A stretch of 63,980 nucleotides of DNA, the filler included, from Choristocarpus tenellus KU-1152 (lineage: Eukaryota; Protista; Phaeophyceae): assembly GCA_964200185.2 (NCBI GenBank). It is 14 parts of 14 records of this genome, joined end to end, with 100 filler letters (N's around TTAATTAATTAA, not from the genome) between each part and the next. Parts side by side here need not be neighbours in the genome. Positions count along the whole stretch, not along the records: positions 37,381 to 40,529 come from CAXNAD020021968.1; positions 40,630 to 43,355 come from CAXNAD020025272.1; positions 43,456 to 46,167 come from CAXNAD020025399.1; positions 46,268 to 50,180 come from CAXNAD020017189.1; positions 50,281 to 56,767 come from CAXNAD020008027.1; 9 more parts are not named here. The stretch is one strand, 5' to 3'. Every line of letters begins with the position of its first letter. Position 1 is the first letter of the stretch. This document shows positions 38,213 through 50,686 of the stretch, piece after piece. The position numbers and the translations under genes were made by a program. The notes beneath the pieces were generated by a model that was given only the letters and a program-made list of their open reading frames with translations, ran no database searches and was not told the origin of the DNA.

Positions 38213-39323
38213 ATGGTCATGGTATCTTCGCGGATTGTTGGAGGAGTGGTTGGTTTTTTCCTTGCTTCGAGCTGTGTTTGTACAGGTAAGTGAGGGGTTG
38301 AGTGCTACCTCGAACTTTGTGTCTCCTACAGGATACTTGCTCATTTTTGTCTTTGTTCGACTGCAACATACGTTGTTGGTGTCGGGGGGTCGTGATTTCT
38401 TTCCACGAGCAACCTGTACATCATATCGCAGATACTACTGAGATTGGGTCGTAAGGAGTAGAGCAGAGCAATTGCTTCGGTTCGTAGAATGCTCTACTAC
38501 TGTTTTTAATCGCTGCCCAGAGTAAGTAGACCCCATGTGTGGTTTCGAGGGTGGACACATGGACAACTAGCAACTCATCCGTCCTTTTTGGACGCGAAAA
38601 CTCAGGATCTTGGGTGGCAGTAGAAGAACAGGTTACTGTGACAACCACGGCAACGGGGTATGATGCCCGCGGCTCAAACGACGGCGGCTGCGGGACTACA
38701 GGCTGCACTCCGGCACTCTCTCGGGTGAGGTGTCGTCCACACTCTGCAGCAAAGTAGTGATATTTGATGCTTGCAATTACACTGCGAAATATATTGTGGT
38801 AGAACTTGGGTAGATCTCCAAGTCCAGGTCTGAAGGTACTATCACACAGAAACATGTTAACATTAAGCAATTTTTCGGAACTCCACACACTAGAGGTCTT
38901 CTACCGGCGACTTCCGTTTGTTGCTCAATAGGCTGGTCTCTACAATAACATAGGTGCAGAGAATATGATCAGAGAAACTACTTGCACAACAACAGTTGAG
39001 TAGTATAGTAGACCAGAACACAGCCCTTAAGCTCTATTGCACCTGAACAACTGTCTTTTTTTGTAAGGGCTGCGCGTCCTTCCCTTGGAGATTTTATCCA
39101 GGTTGCAAAAACGAAAGAAATTGATGGACTGAGTGTAAGTCCAGTATGAATGTTCTTTTGTTTTTTACTGGTAAATCACGATCCATAAAACGCTTCGCTC
39201 AACAGGATGGGAATGTCATTCCCGACTCTAGATGGTCCTGCTCTACTAGCATTGCTGGTGTAGATGAATGCTCGATCACGTATGAGTTCAGCTCTCGTCA
39301 AGCAGTCCAGGAAGTGCGTATTG
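38213..39323 (+). CDS. Secreted protein with brown-algal discoidin/F5-8 type C (CBM32-like) domain; exons 38213-38285, 38606-38724, 39206-39323; 3' part not found
   Basis: Signal-peptide-like MVMVSSRIVGGVVGFFLASSCVCTG, then YDARGSNDGGCGTTGCTPALSR-DGNVIPDSRWSC...ECSITYEF; phases match. Domain assignment is from motif recall. Confidence 0.75.
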
Positions 39324-39733
39324 GTGAGTAGCAGCATTATTCTGACAGTGGGGATGACATCTCGAATGAGAGCGCTCTGAAGTAGTTAAGTTCAGAATCG
39401 AAGAGAGGAATTGCAAAGAATAACCTTATAGGTGTTGGGTAATGATGCAATCAATAATGTAGACCTCTTGCCACGGATACCCCCATAACACCACTATTTC
39501 ATACGTATATATATGGAGTTAGTTGAAAATCCAACATTTACTTGAGACTATTTTTAGTTGTGTAAATCTCGAATGAACCAAGGCATTTCAGTACCGCACA
39601 GTGCTTCGACATTAACATTTGCAACATTTTGAAGCAGTAAATATATGGCAGGCATAAAACATCATTCAGAACACGTTTTTAATAAGTAAATGAAATAGTC
39701 TCCAACACTTCCTTACTACGTATATCCTAAGAG

Positions 39734-39971
39734 AAGCCAAAGTAATTGAGAGGTAGACAGGTTTGGGTCCTTTTGCACTCTAAAGCATCTTTCTTACCCT
39801 GCGCAATACACCTCATTTCATTGCTTGAAATGTGCTCAATAGTATACACGAAATAGATATCCCCCTTTCCACACACAAAGTCACACAATAAATAAACAAA
39901 GGCTCTTTCTCCAATTGGCGGACATCAGGGTCCTTAGAACCCCACCTTGCCTACTCTCAATTATTTCGCTT
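39734..39971. mobile_element. MITE family C (TIR related to family A)
   Basis: AAGCCAAAGTAATTGAGAGGTAG...CTACTCTCAATTATTTCGCTT; a related left end GAGCCAAAGTAACGAGAGGTAC occurs at 12047. Confidence 0.65.
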
Positions 39972-40466
39972 TAAAACGCTACCATCTTGGCGAGTGAGAC
40001 AGGTTGTTTATGCTAAAAAATATCAAAAAACATTTTAAAAACGACCTTGACGATGTACACACTCGGGAAAATAGAAACTGGACTATTTATTGGGATGGAG
40101 GGCTGAATTCATCTTGTATATATTGTAAGTGACGCCACTACTTCGTATCAAGTCACGTTTCCCAACCGGCTTGGTTCAACTACCGTGTGCAAGGCCTCTC
40201 TGTTTTGACCCACGCCAGGATGTGCTTGACAGATTACTGGCCTTGAAATGTCCTACTACTCTTCGCGAGGAAGCCCACTGATGACTACACCATTTTTGTA
40301 ATCTGTTTCGCCCTATGGGAGGATACTATCTTAGTCAGTGTTCGCATCATCGGTGTTGTTCTGAATGGTGTTAAGTTCGTTACATATTCTTCAGCAGTTC
40401 GCAGTTTTTATTGTATGTACTCCAGATTATGTGTTGTGTTTCATCTCGACGGTCTTATTGGACAAT

Positions 40467-40529
40467 GAGTGAAAGTATCTTAGAGGGTACGAGTTTTGCC
40501 CTGTTTGTCCATTTGGGACTTGGCTTCCC
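40467..40529. mobile_element. MITE family A, truncated by contig end
   Basis: GAGTGAAAGTATCTTAGAGGGTACGAG... Confidence 0.9.
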
Positions 40530-40671
40530 NNNNNNNNNNNNNNNNNNNNNNNNNNNNNNNNNNNNNNNNNNNNTTAATTAATTAANNNNNNNNNNNNNNN
40601 NNNNNNNNNNNNNNNNNNNNNNNNNNNNNCTATTACTACACAACGAGGATGAAGTGTTGGGGAGGTGGGGT

Positions 40672-40705
<34 letters not shown>

Positions 40706-42769
40706 AGGAAGAGGCTGCAGAAAAAGATACTCCTCACGAAGCAGAAAATCAATGGGTGATCTCTCCGCCTCTGTAGGCTTAATCTATTTGCTTGAGGAGA
40801 CTTGCCTTCCACTAATGAAGCCACAGTAGTGAGTACGATTTGAGCTGAAGACTTCAAAAAAAAAATGTTGCAAACCAGATCCCTTCAACAACCATACATT
40901 GGTGCAAACAAAGAGATATGATATCAAAATATCAAAACTACCGTACGTTGATGTTACGAGAGCATCGATCAAGCCCCACACAGACAAGACAAAACCACAA
41001 TTAATACAAAAAAAATAAAAAAATAAAAATACTCCTGCGTCAAAGAGACCTGGCTAAGTTAAAAAAAATACTCCTGCAGTGAGCAGCAGCAAAGAGTTGA
41101 TTGTGTAAAGTGTTGCCTGGCATCTCTAGTGGAATCATTGCGAGCATCTAACCCCAAATCCTGTGTGCTTTGTGCTGATCTCAACCCTTGCTCTACCATC
41201 AACCTGTGTCATTGCAATAGGTATCGCACAAAACTCCCACCCTCGGGACCGCACTAGTCTCCCAACTACTAGTACTTCCCAAAGTACGCCAACATACACA
41301 GTACAAACTCTTACGCCCTCATGACTCCATCTCGCAGACCCTGCTCAAATATGTGTGCACGCGTTATAGCTAGCTGCGCATTTGACTTCCACACCTTGCC
41401 AAATGACACTGAAGCGACGGGGTGGACCTCCTGAGACCTGGTGACAACACCAATGGGGTTTAGGATGTCCCAGTTGGGCTTGGAGATATCGACAGCAGCC
41501 ATCACACGAACCTAATTGAATTAGATTATATCCATCATGAGAAGGATATGAGTTTAATAAAAAACAGCATTGTCTCAACGCTCTTTATTTTGTCATTTCA
41601 GTAGCCACCAGTAGAGGTGGGGTATATGCACAATGTCCCCACCTCCCCTGCACTGCAAAGCAGAAGAGTTTTTCGGGAATAGTACCGTAGGCGAAAGAAA
41701 TTGATGCTCAGAGTTGATGTTGCTCTCTTCAAGAACCAGCTAATGCGGTCCTATACATTCACCTCACAAACAGGCAGGGTGGAATCCAAGCAAGTTGAAC
41801 GGATATACACCTACAGTAATCTTCGTGCATGGGAATAAATTGGGTTAGTGTTGATCCTCTCTGACATATTTTCGAAGGCATTTACTCCTTGTCATTGCCA
41901 CGGAGTTCTGTCGCTCTCAATTGTGGCAAGGAAAACCATGCCTCTCTTAGGTTCATACCCCGATCGAGTGGAAAAGAAGACGCTGCATGGGACCATCTAT
42001 TCTGGTTGGTGGAGAGCGACATACTTCTTGAAGGAAGTCAGGCACCTTGAAATAGCCCATGACGCCATTCTAGTGTAGCCTGAAGCGGTAGGGTTGACCC
42101 CGAAAGGACAAGTTCTTCTTCCACACAGGCATCTCAGATTCCTCATGCTCTCGTGTGCTGAATATCACGTATGAGGAATATAACAAGATGTAGAGTGGGT
42201 AGTAACCCATCAGGAGTAAGAGGTCTCACGTAAGTTCTTAAGAACAAACTATCTAAATCGCCTTTTCCATTCTTTTTCCCTATATTTCGAAACATGCTAG
42301 AGCACTAGAGCTCCACCAAGTTGCACCAACTGGTCGAGATCAAACCTTTGCTGAAACAACTATTTCAAAAAGGTAAACATCCATTTTGAAATGATCGTGG
42401 CATTGCTAATCAGTTGACTCACTTCTTGCCACAGTTATACGCCACTTCAGTGCACAATTATTTTTGGTGTTGTACCTACTGAAATAGAGGCGTAGAGGAA
42501 AACTTCAAGGGCGGCATATATACAATCACCTATTCGGTGATGTTGATCGTCGCTGAACATTGTACCTTTCAGCAACCACATATGGTCTAAATCTCGACAT
42601 CTTATCCACGCAAGTCCTAGTTTTGAGTCTTCATTTTCTTTAGAGGTCGTACATGACGGTCCAGCCTCGCATATCAGTGGCAGCAGTAGACAGCGTTGGT
42701 ACTTCAAACAGGTAACAACGTTATGCTGGTTGGGTGTGCAAAGATGGATTGAGTTGGGATATATAAACG

Positions 42770-43030
42770 TGAACGACGCCTTCTAAGGTCGTACAAATAC
42801 GTCACACAATTCAAAAACTGTAACCTCAACACCTTCGTGGTGGAAAGTTTTGGGCACCTCGGCAAGCAAGCGGAATGTTTCCTGGATGGGCTGACTACTC
42901 ACATGGTGGGGGGAGAGGAGCGGGAGGATAAAGCAGGAAAGGAGTAGTTAAATCCTGGCTACACCATATTGTCTCGGTAACTACGCAAGCGGCACTATCT
43001 AGACGTGTCATGCGTTTTAACCTGGAATCA
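42770..43030 (+). mobile_element. 3' relic of an RLE-type (CRE-like) non-LTR retrotransposon
   Basis: NLNTFVVESFGHLGKQ...KGVVKSWLHHIVSVTTQAALSRRV; homologous to 60480-60690. Confidence 0.7.
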
Positions 43031-43215
43031 CCAGGGAGATGGGCACGGAGGATTATATTCTTGGGATGCCTCCCTAGTTCCTCCCCCTGCAGCACAGGTA
43101 TAGGTAGATTGGAGACACAGGAGGGCAGTAGTACAACATAGTGGTGAAGTAACAAATGGATTAGTGTCTTTCACATTTATGACATTTTATTTCTTTACGG
43201 CTTCTACGGACAATG

Positions 43216-43285
43216 TGTATAGTTTTCATTGGTTTCCCCCCTGACACATCTGGAAAATGTCAGAGGGCAAAATAATAAAAATACA
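43216..43285. repeat. Repeat family D, 70-bp unit with TGTAT...ATACA ends
   Basis: tgtatagttttcattggtttcc..tgacacatctggaaaatgtcagagggcaaaataataaaaataca. Confidence 0.8.
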
Positions 43286-43455
43286 AAAACTATAAAATCA
43301 ATATTTGATAGAGGTGAAGTAACTGATTAGTGGTTTCCACACAATGTTTTATAGTNNNNNNNNNNNNNNNNNNNNNNNNNNNNNNNNNNNNNNNNNNNNT
43401 TAATTAATTAANNNNNNNNNNNNNNNNNNNNNNNNNNNNNNNNNNNNNNNNNNNN

Positions 43456-43473
43456 CCCCAGATACTTTAAGCC
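43456..43473. mobile_element. MITE family B, terminal fragment
   Basis: CCCCAGATACTTTAAGCC. Confidence 0.7.
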
Positions 43474-43897
43474 ATCTCAAAAGACAGTAGTTTACTGTGT
43501 TACCCAATATTTTCCCCCCTGCTACACCATCTGACAGGCCACAGATAGCAGCAACGACTTTGAATGCCTATCAATAAAACATCAAACATCAAATACTATC
43601 CTCTTCCATGGCAACTCCAAGTGACCCCCAGTGGCCCACACGATTACCTCTCCCCACTTTCAGTAGCTTCCTCTAAATCAAAGGGGGAGGTGTGTAGGGC
43701 ATTTGATCTTGACAAATGCTTGACAAACTTGTATTTGAAATTTCATCAAATTCCATTGCAATGCCACTATTATATGACATTGTCCTCCTAGTAGTGAAAA
43801 AAGGCAAAGGATTGCAAGCAGTTGCAATATTCCTATTGTGGACATAGTATCTCAAGTCTGTAGTAGGTCTGTTGCATGTAAAATAATACAAAAATAC

Positions 43898-45021
43898 CTT
43901 GTGCGTTTCCATTGAGGCCTTTCTTCTTGCTCTGCTTGCCTGTACCCTTCCTCGCAGTACAGGATCATAGATCAAAGAGGACACCACCAGATCACATAGA
44001 CTAACCTCTGCAGGGTCAAGCAAGGCAGCATGCCCAACACCATCAAGGACCACCTGTTTTTTGTTTGGTGCATGGAGCAGTATGAGACTAAGTAAGGGCT
44101 TGTACATCCACCGTCTCTATAGGAAGGTGATGCAGGACAGAGATAACACCATTACTCTTGCGGAGATTGTGGGGTCAACACCATTATTATTACAACAGCT
44201 TCTAGGAACAGAAAAATATCGGTGTGTACCACACTGTGCCCAGGCTGCTGTTGCTATAGCTGCACGACTGATTACTCATTGGTGAGGCGCATTATTCAAA
44301 ACATCATGCAAAAAAATAAAGCTCAACAAACCTTATTCAGTATGAATGATAAACATATTCAGTATGAATGATAAAACATATTCAGTATGAACGATATCCC
44401 CAGGAAACAAACAAAATGTGATCTCAGATCACCTCTGCATAACTGCAAATGTAAACATCTTTAAGAGAATCCTCTACTGCCTTGCTATCAGAAGCAGCTT
44501 CAGGTAATCTTCTGTTGAGTCCTTCAGTCGTCACCGAGTACTATCTGTCTTGTATGTACAGTGTGTCTGTATTATATTTGCAGTGTGTTTGTATTATATG
44601 TACAGTGTATCTTATTTACGCACACTTGGAGGGGAATTCCCCAAGTCACAGGATCCTCCCCCTATGCAGGTTGACTCAACGCAACAAGGCCAGTCTGAAG
44701 TTTTCATATCTGACGGTGAATGTTGTCCTCAATACTCCTAAGCGTACCACCCATTGCAATAAAAATGGTACTGGAAAAAAAGAAAAGTCCCAGCACCTTT
44801 GACTTCAAACAGAGCAGTAACCTTCCAATAATTTTCCCTGTTCTCACCACCTGACAGTTTGGCATTACTTTTTCCAGTCTCTCAGCCTCAGTGATTGAGG
44901 GCAGCATGTGATCCTCACTCCCGGCAAGAACTAACACCGGCAATGCAACCTTTTGGAGCAATGGACCTACACGGTCAACGCCTGCCTGTAGCCATTGGCT
45001 GATTCGCCACCGTAGACTGTC
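43898..45021 (-). CDS. Alpha/beta-hydrolase of the esterase/lipase/thioesterase (phytyl ester synthase-like) family; internal exons 45021 to about 44850 and 44053-43898
   Basis: DSLRWRISQWLQAG...PVLVLAGSEDHMLPSITEAERLEKVMPNCQ-VVLDGVGHAALLD, the catalytic Asp and His regions typical of PES/ELT proteins. Confidence 0.8.
44329..44395. repeat. 22-23-bp tandem repeat x3 (intronic)
   Basis: aaacatattcagtatgaatgat units; another ~23-bp x3 array lies at about 44553-44615. Confidence 0.85.
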
Positions 45022-46145
45022 CTAGATGATTGGGGCCGAATAGGTATTTTGAAGAGTAAGTGAGTCATTTGGTCTTGCTTGTACAGAGCAAATATGAAGG
45101 ACGTATGCTGACACGAGCAACTCGTTATCCAGGCATCATATCAAGGTGATGCAGCAGCAGTTTCAGAGAATTATTGCAATCTCAACTGAATTCCACATGT
45201 ACACCAGTAGCCCCTATATCACAATATCATTGGAACTCCACCTGGGCTGCAAAAAATGCTAGAACTATATATGTATAGCCAAGGTTAATGCCCATGATGA
45301 ACTTCATGGTTTGGGGTTGACTCTATCCAGAGATGCACCAAAATGACAAACTAACTCCCAGCTTCAACCTTTGCTTACTTGTACTTAGTATTAGTTGTAT
45401 ACGCATATGGATCTTCTACACCATAGGCAATCCTTCACGAATGATATGTTTGGTTGAAAACTTCCAATGAAAGAGTCCTTTCAATGTCACTTATTGGTTT
45501 GCAATATCCCTCTGGTCAAGTTCAGAAGGGAGAGATTGACTGCCTTAATGGATGAAAAGAGTCTGAGGACCTAGTTGGTGTCTTGGATCAGCTGTGATGT
45601 GAGTAGTAGAGCCTGCACACGTGCAGTACAGCAACACATTATTCTTTTTCTGGACACGCAAAGATAAGATAAGAAATTCTTCTTTGGTGGAATTCCGATC
45701 CTACAGCTACCCCTTAGAAATCACTGCCATCACCAAAGTAACTGGTGCATAGTTATCTCAGGCAGAGGAGGGCAGGTTCACTGTTTTCAGTGGACATATT
45801 GTTGGGTCCAATCAAATGAGGTTAGAGGACATCCAATATCTACAGTAAGTGAGTGAGATAAAAACACCTAAGGAACAGCGAGCAACCCTAACATGTTCTT
45901 GCTGAATACTCCCTTCCTGCCCATTTTCAACACCACTCTGTGCTCTCGCCATTTTGAAGGTATCACCTTACCTGTGGAACTTTGCCGAACAACCCCCAAA
46001 GTAAGTCCCGCCATTCGTGTGTGAGATCCTTGACGTGACTTGTCACTTCTTGAAGGGGTAGGGCCATGAACTCTTGCAAGTACTTTGATGCCTTGCGTGG
46101 GCAGAAAATCAGCAGTATGGAGGGTAATATCCTGCATGTTAGCGT

Positions 46146-46167
46146 GGGTCAAAGTATCTGGGGGGGG
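46146..46167. mobile_element. MITE family B, terminal fragment
   Basis: GGGTCAAAGTATCTGGGGGGGG at contig end. Confidence 0.8.
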
Positions 46168-46267
46168 NNNNNNNNNNNNNNNNNNNNNNNNNNNNNNNNN
46201 NNNNNNNNNNNTTAATTAATTAANNNNNNNNNNNNNNNNNNNNNNNNNNNNNNNNNNNNNNNNNNNN

Positions 46268-47633
46268 CCACGGTATAAGGGTATATGGCATACGGCAATA
46301 ACGGAATAATAACAGACCAACATGCTTTCCACAGCTGTACCATTTCATCTCCTAAAGGATTATTCTGGGAAATTGCCAGTGGGCGAATTTGGTTCCGAAT
46401 CTCCTTTCGAAATGAAAATGCCATCGACTGCACTCCAATCTGATCTAGAACATTGGGAAGAAGAATAGGAAGAGCTCGTTCGCGCATAGATCAATGAGTT
46501 GGTCTTCAGCTATATACCTCCAAAAGAAAGTTGTCTCGCAAACATGAGGCATCCGCGAATCTACGGTGTATGCTCGATAATGTAACACAAGTCGGTTGAC
46601 TGCCGCTTTCCACGATTCCCCTCTCTCGGTCCTTAAAGAAACCATTGCGTTCTTTTCGGTATTCTTCGACTGACTATACGAAAGAGTGCATTCTCTCACC
46701 AGGATAAGAATGCCCTCAGTCGCTGTCATATGTCTTGCCAAGGAACCCGAAGGAGTTGTCCGGTGATGCTCGGGACTTCCACTGTAGATGAGTCGCTTAT
46801 AGGAGATCACTGTGGGTACAAAGATAGTCAGACAGTAATTGCTCAAGAAGCTCAATGCGGAAAGGGGTAAGGGCATCACTATGTGGACGTGATGTATTAC
46901 GATCGTGAACACAATCTTTGGGGTAAGGCCCACGATCCTCCTTGAACCCTCCCTAAAGCGTTGGTAAGAGCGTCAACGAAAAAAACGGGATTGTTTGACA
47001 TGGTTCGGGCGGAGTTATCTGCAGGTAGTCCAAGAAAGACGGGGCTGTTGGCAGGGTCTCCAAGTTTCTTATGAATGTGTTCCATGATTTTAACACAATC
47101 TTGATGATAACGCATGTCAAGGCTTGCGAGAGGCTCGGTCTTGCTGCTGCCTATCGGATTGTGACTCATTCGACTCAGCTCGTGTATGCAACTCATGAAT
47201 TTCTCTTCGAAACTCTGCCTCAACCTCTCTGGACGACGTACCGTACTCAGGCTATTCCTTCGAGATGGTCTGAGTGATACAGACCTGTGTGAAGAATAAT
47301 AATCACTGGTCCGACGATGACGATGCGGTGAACGGGTGCAGCCTCTGCGTTCTTCTCTGGTCCTCCATCCGTGTCGATGAGAGCGCCTGTCCCGGGATCT
47401 CGACCTGGAGCGGGATCTGCCACGAGTGTGGAAGACCGAAAACGAACGTGCTCTCTGCACCTGCCTCGACGTTCAGCAGCGTGAACACGGCTGAGACCAG
47501 AATTGCCTTGAGTAGTGGTACTGGGCTGTAATCTCTCGGAATCATCGATTCCTTGGAGGATCTGTAGGTCGGAGGCGACCTCAGCTTCTTGCAAATACTG
47601 TGAGCCAGACATGTCTGTGAACCTGGGGGACAA
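46268..47633 (-). pseudogene. Frameshifted intronless ORF, probably a retroelement gag-like gene
   Basis: Four overlapping same-strand ORFs step through frames (47633-47247, 47460-46897, 46933-46445, 46487 to contig end); Arg/Ser-rich N-terminus; short direct repeats upstream (47730-47900). No diagnostic motif. Confidence 0.4.
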
Positions 47634-48734
47634 AAGGGCAAGATGGCAAGCAAAAGAGAACAGAAAGGTGTGAGTAAAGGAACGCAGAACAATTGACTAC
47701 CTAGACAATGTCTCGAGCATGGTGATCAAAGACCACTCATTTTATGACTATAGGGGAGTGATGTCGCGATCAGAGGCCACTCGTTTTACGGCTAGAGAAG
47801 GGCGATTCCCTCAGAGTCACAGGAGTCCCCACACCCATGAAGACGACAAGTCCAAGGAGGGAATCCCGTAGATGACGAATGAAGACCACAAGCCCAAGTG
47901 GGAAAAGAAAAGAATCCAGGCGGGGGTAGGAAGCTACAAAGAATCCTAAGCGCGTTGAGGTGAATAATGAGTATTCCCTCCAGTTTGAAGAGAGGAAGTA
48001 GGGGGCATTGCCCTTTACAACAGTTTGTAGGGTGTCAGATGTCCTTCTCTTCTTGATATTCCACTTAGTGCTTAGCTCAAAGCTCGACTCAAAGTTTCGT
48101 TCTCAAGGTAAAAATAAGGACTGTCATAAGTGGGGACAAGGTGTTGTACCAAAAGCCCTCTTATTATTTTCATCATCCATCCAATTTCCTTCGTCTTCTA
48201 TCAACTACTCTATAGCTACTCCGATCATAAACCTTTATTCTTCAACTTCTTAGTGACTTTGGCATTTTGTTCTCTGTAATGTTACGTAGGTATTCCGAAT
48301 CTTACTCTGCATCTTCTACAAAATCATCATTTAATCTGTAAGGCTACCTATGTGTTACTAATATCGTATATAGTTCGTACTTGTTAGAATGCGAGAAACA
48401 ATCCTCACACTATACGTCTGTCCCAAATGTTCGTATTTCCTAAAACATGAGGAGAAAATGCTCGCGCTATTCGCGTGTAACAAATGCTCGCACTCGTTGG
48501 AACACAAGAAGAAACGCTCACGCTATTCGTCTGTAACAGTTGTGTCTTGAGGTTTTTGTTCTGTTCTGGATTTCCACAACTGGCTTTGAGGTGTTGGGCC
48601 AAGACCTTTGAAACTCGGTCCTACCCTCTGAGGTGGAAGAGTTCCTCCGGTTATTGTGATTGCCCCCTTGAGCAGATAACTTGGCACCTTGACACTTCCA
48701 CAGAGATAATAGATGGATAAGATAAAGGCCCAGT

Positions 48735-50118
48735 GGATAATTAATATTCAGTGTAAGTTTTTCCATGTAACTCAACTACTAGCTTTCGGCAACGAGCCTT
48801 ATATGCGCCAAGCTCTTCAACATTAAGCGTCTAACTCTAGCTAGGGGAGGTGCGGCGGACCGGTTTGGTTTGAGCATATCACATCACTCATGACATCTGA
48901 TGGGTTTCACGCCAAACTCCTTCAGCTCACAGATGACAACTGTACCGATTGGTTCGCCTCAACCTGTGCATTTTTGGGCGCAAAGGGCGATATTGATGAG
49001 CCATTGGAGTACAGGGGGAATCCATTGAGGTGGATGACATAGATTTCATCAACCGGGAAGATGGGGATGAAGAGGAGGTCACCAAGGCCAAAAAGACGTA
49101 TGTCGTCATGTTGAGGAGTACCAGCGGGATTTACAGGTGCATTGTACGCAATGCAGCCTCACCTATAGGAGCTTGGCAACAACTACGAGAATGTTTCCTA
49201 ATCCATTCAGATGAGGAAATAGCAAGACTCCAAAAGAAGGTCCAACCTCCAAATCACATTTACGATGATGTTGGATTGGGTTGGCCAGATGGCGATGATG
49301 GGGCATGAGATGTCCGAACAGGTGCTGCAAATTGCTATGTTAGACTGTTTGGATGACGACTATTAGATCACCAAACACTAACTTCAACATGATCACAAGA
49401 GTGAGCGTTTGAGAGCCACGATATAACAAGCTGCTCGTTCGTACTACTTCTCTCTCCAATGGGAAGCAGCTGATCGCGGAGAGTCAGGAAGCGCTCTTTC
49501 CGCCCAGACCCAGCTAAAGGTTGGCCAAGGTGGCAGCCAAGGTACAACTGGTCCTCGTACACACCCTGAGACGACAGGATCTCGTACCAGGGAGCTGATC
49601 AAGGCCCGAGAGACATGCGGAAAGTGTGGATTGGTCAGGCATACCGGTCCTTGCACATATAAAGGACTGTGCTTCAGCTGCGGGAGCAGAGGCCACCAGC
49701 AGGCTGTATGCCCTCAGAGGAGGGTGATCCCACCAAAGTCGGTGAGAGGTTTATGTCGCCAGAGGGTGACTCCGCTAAAGTCGGCGGAAGAACTAGCTGG
49801 ATCAGAGGAACCGGCTAGGACAGGGAGGAAGTTTAAGACCATATTAGCCGCTGTTGACTGACAATGGTAAGGTGACAAAGAATGCTTCCGAAACATGGTG
49901 TTTTGATTTGGGGGCTTCCAATAGTGTGATGAAAGACCCAAAGTATATTTATGGCTTCACCACATGCCCACAAGGCTGAAAATGACTGTAGCTGACGGCA
50001 CATCACTACCCATTATAGGTATGGCAAAATTTATTTTAATTTCAATGTTGGCCACGATGAATGGGTGTGTGTTACTTTGGCGTCTGTCGCATATGTCCCG
50101 AATATAGCATCTTGTATC
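48735..50118 (+). mobile_element. Decayed Ty1/Copia element (family 1, copy 2)
   Basis: Clear homology to 3170-4735: gag ATG at 48890, LRSTSGIYRCIVRNAASP, zinc knuckle CFSCGSRGHQQAVC, protease WCFDLGASNSV; interrupted by a MITE at 50119. Confidence 0.92.
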
Positions 50119-50180
50119 GAGTGAAAGTATCTTAGAGGGTACGAATTTTGCCCTGTTTGTCCATTTGGGGCTTGGCTTCC
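50119..50180. mobile_element. MITE family A nested in Copia, truncated by contig end
   Basis: GAGTGAAAGTATCTTAGAGGGTACGAA... Confidence 0.9.
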
Positions 50181-50550
50181 NNNNNNNNNNNNNNNNNNNN
50201 NNNNNNNNNNNNNNNNNNNNNNNNTTAATTAATTAANNNNNNNNNNNNNNNNNNNNNNNNNNNNNNNNNNNNNNNNNNNNGGGGGGAAGAGGGCAGGGGG
50301 GTGGGGGAAGGGCGGGGGGGGGTGGATGAGATCACAGTTCAATCTGTACATTTGTAGTGCTGTTGAGGTGGAGACGATGTTTAAAACAATTATGGAAAAT
50401 ATTCTTGAATCTATTTTTTTCTCTTTTTTCTCAACCGCCGCCATCTGTTGTTGTTGTTGTTGCTGCACTTCCCTCTGCTCTCCACGTGTATAACTACTCT
50501 TGCCATGATACAAAAAAGAGTTATGTTTCAAAAAGGAGCATGTTGGGCAA

Positions 50551-50559
50551 TCTCTCTGG

Positions 50560-50590
<31 letters not shown>

Positions 50591-50686
50591 CTTTTCTTTT
50601 CTTTTCCACTATGTTGAACTCGGTGTGTGAGTTGACCTGTAGATTCTTCGCATACACCTGTTTGTGTTTTGTGTGTGTGTGTGTGT
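50551..50686. repeat. (CT)n, (TTTTC)n, (GT)n microsatellite cluster
   Basis: Directly visible; (TGT)n also at 50446-50463 and (CA)n at 52033-52052. Confidence 0.85.
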
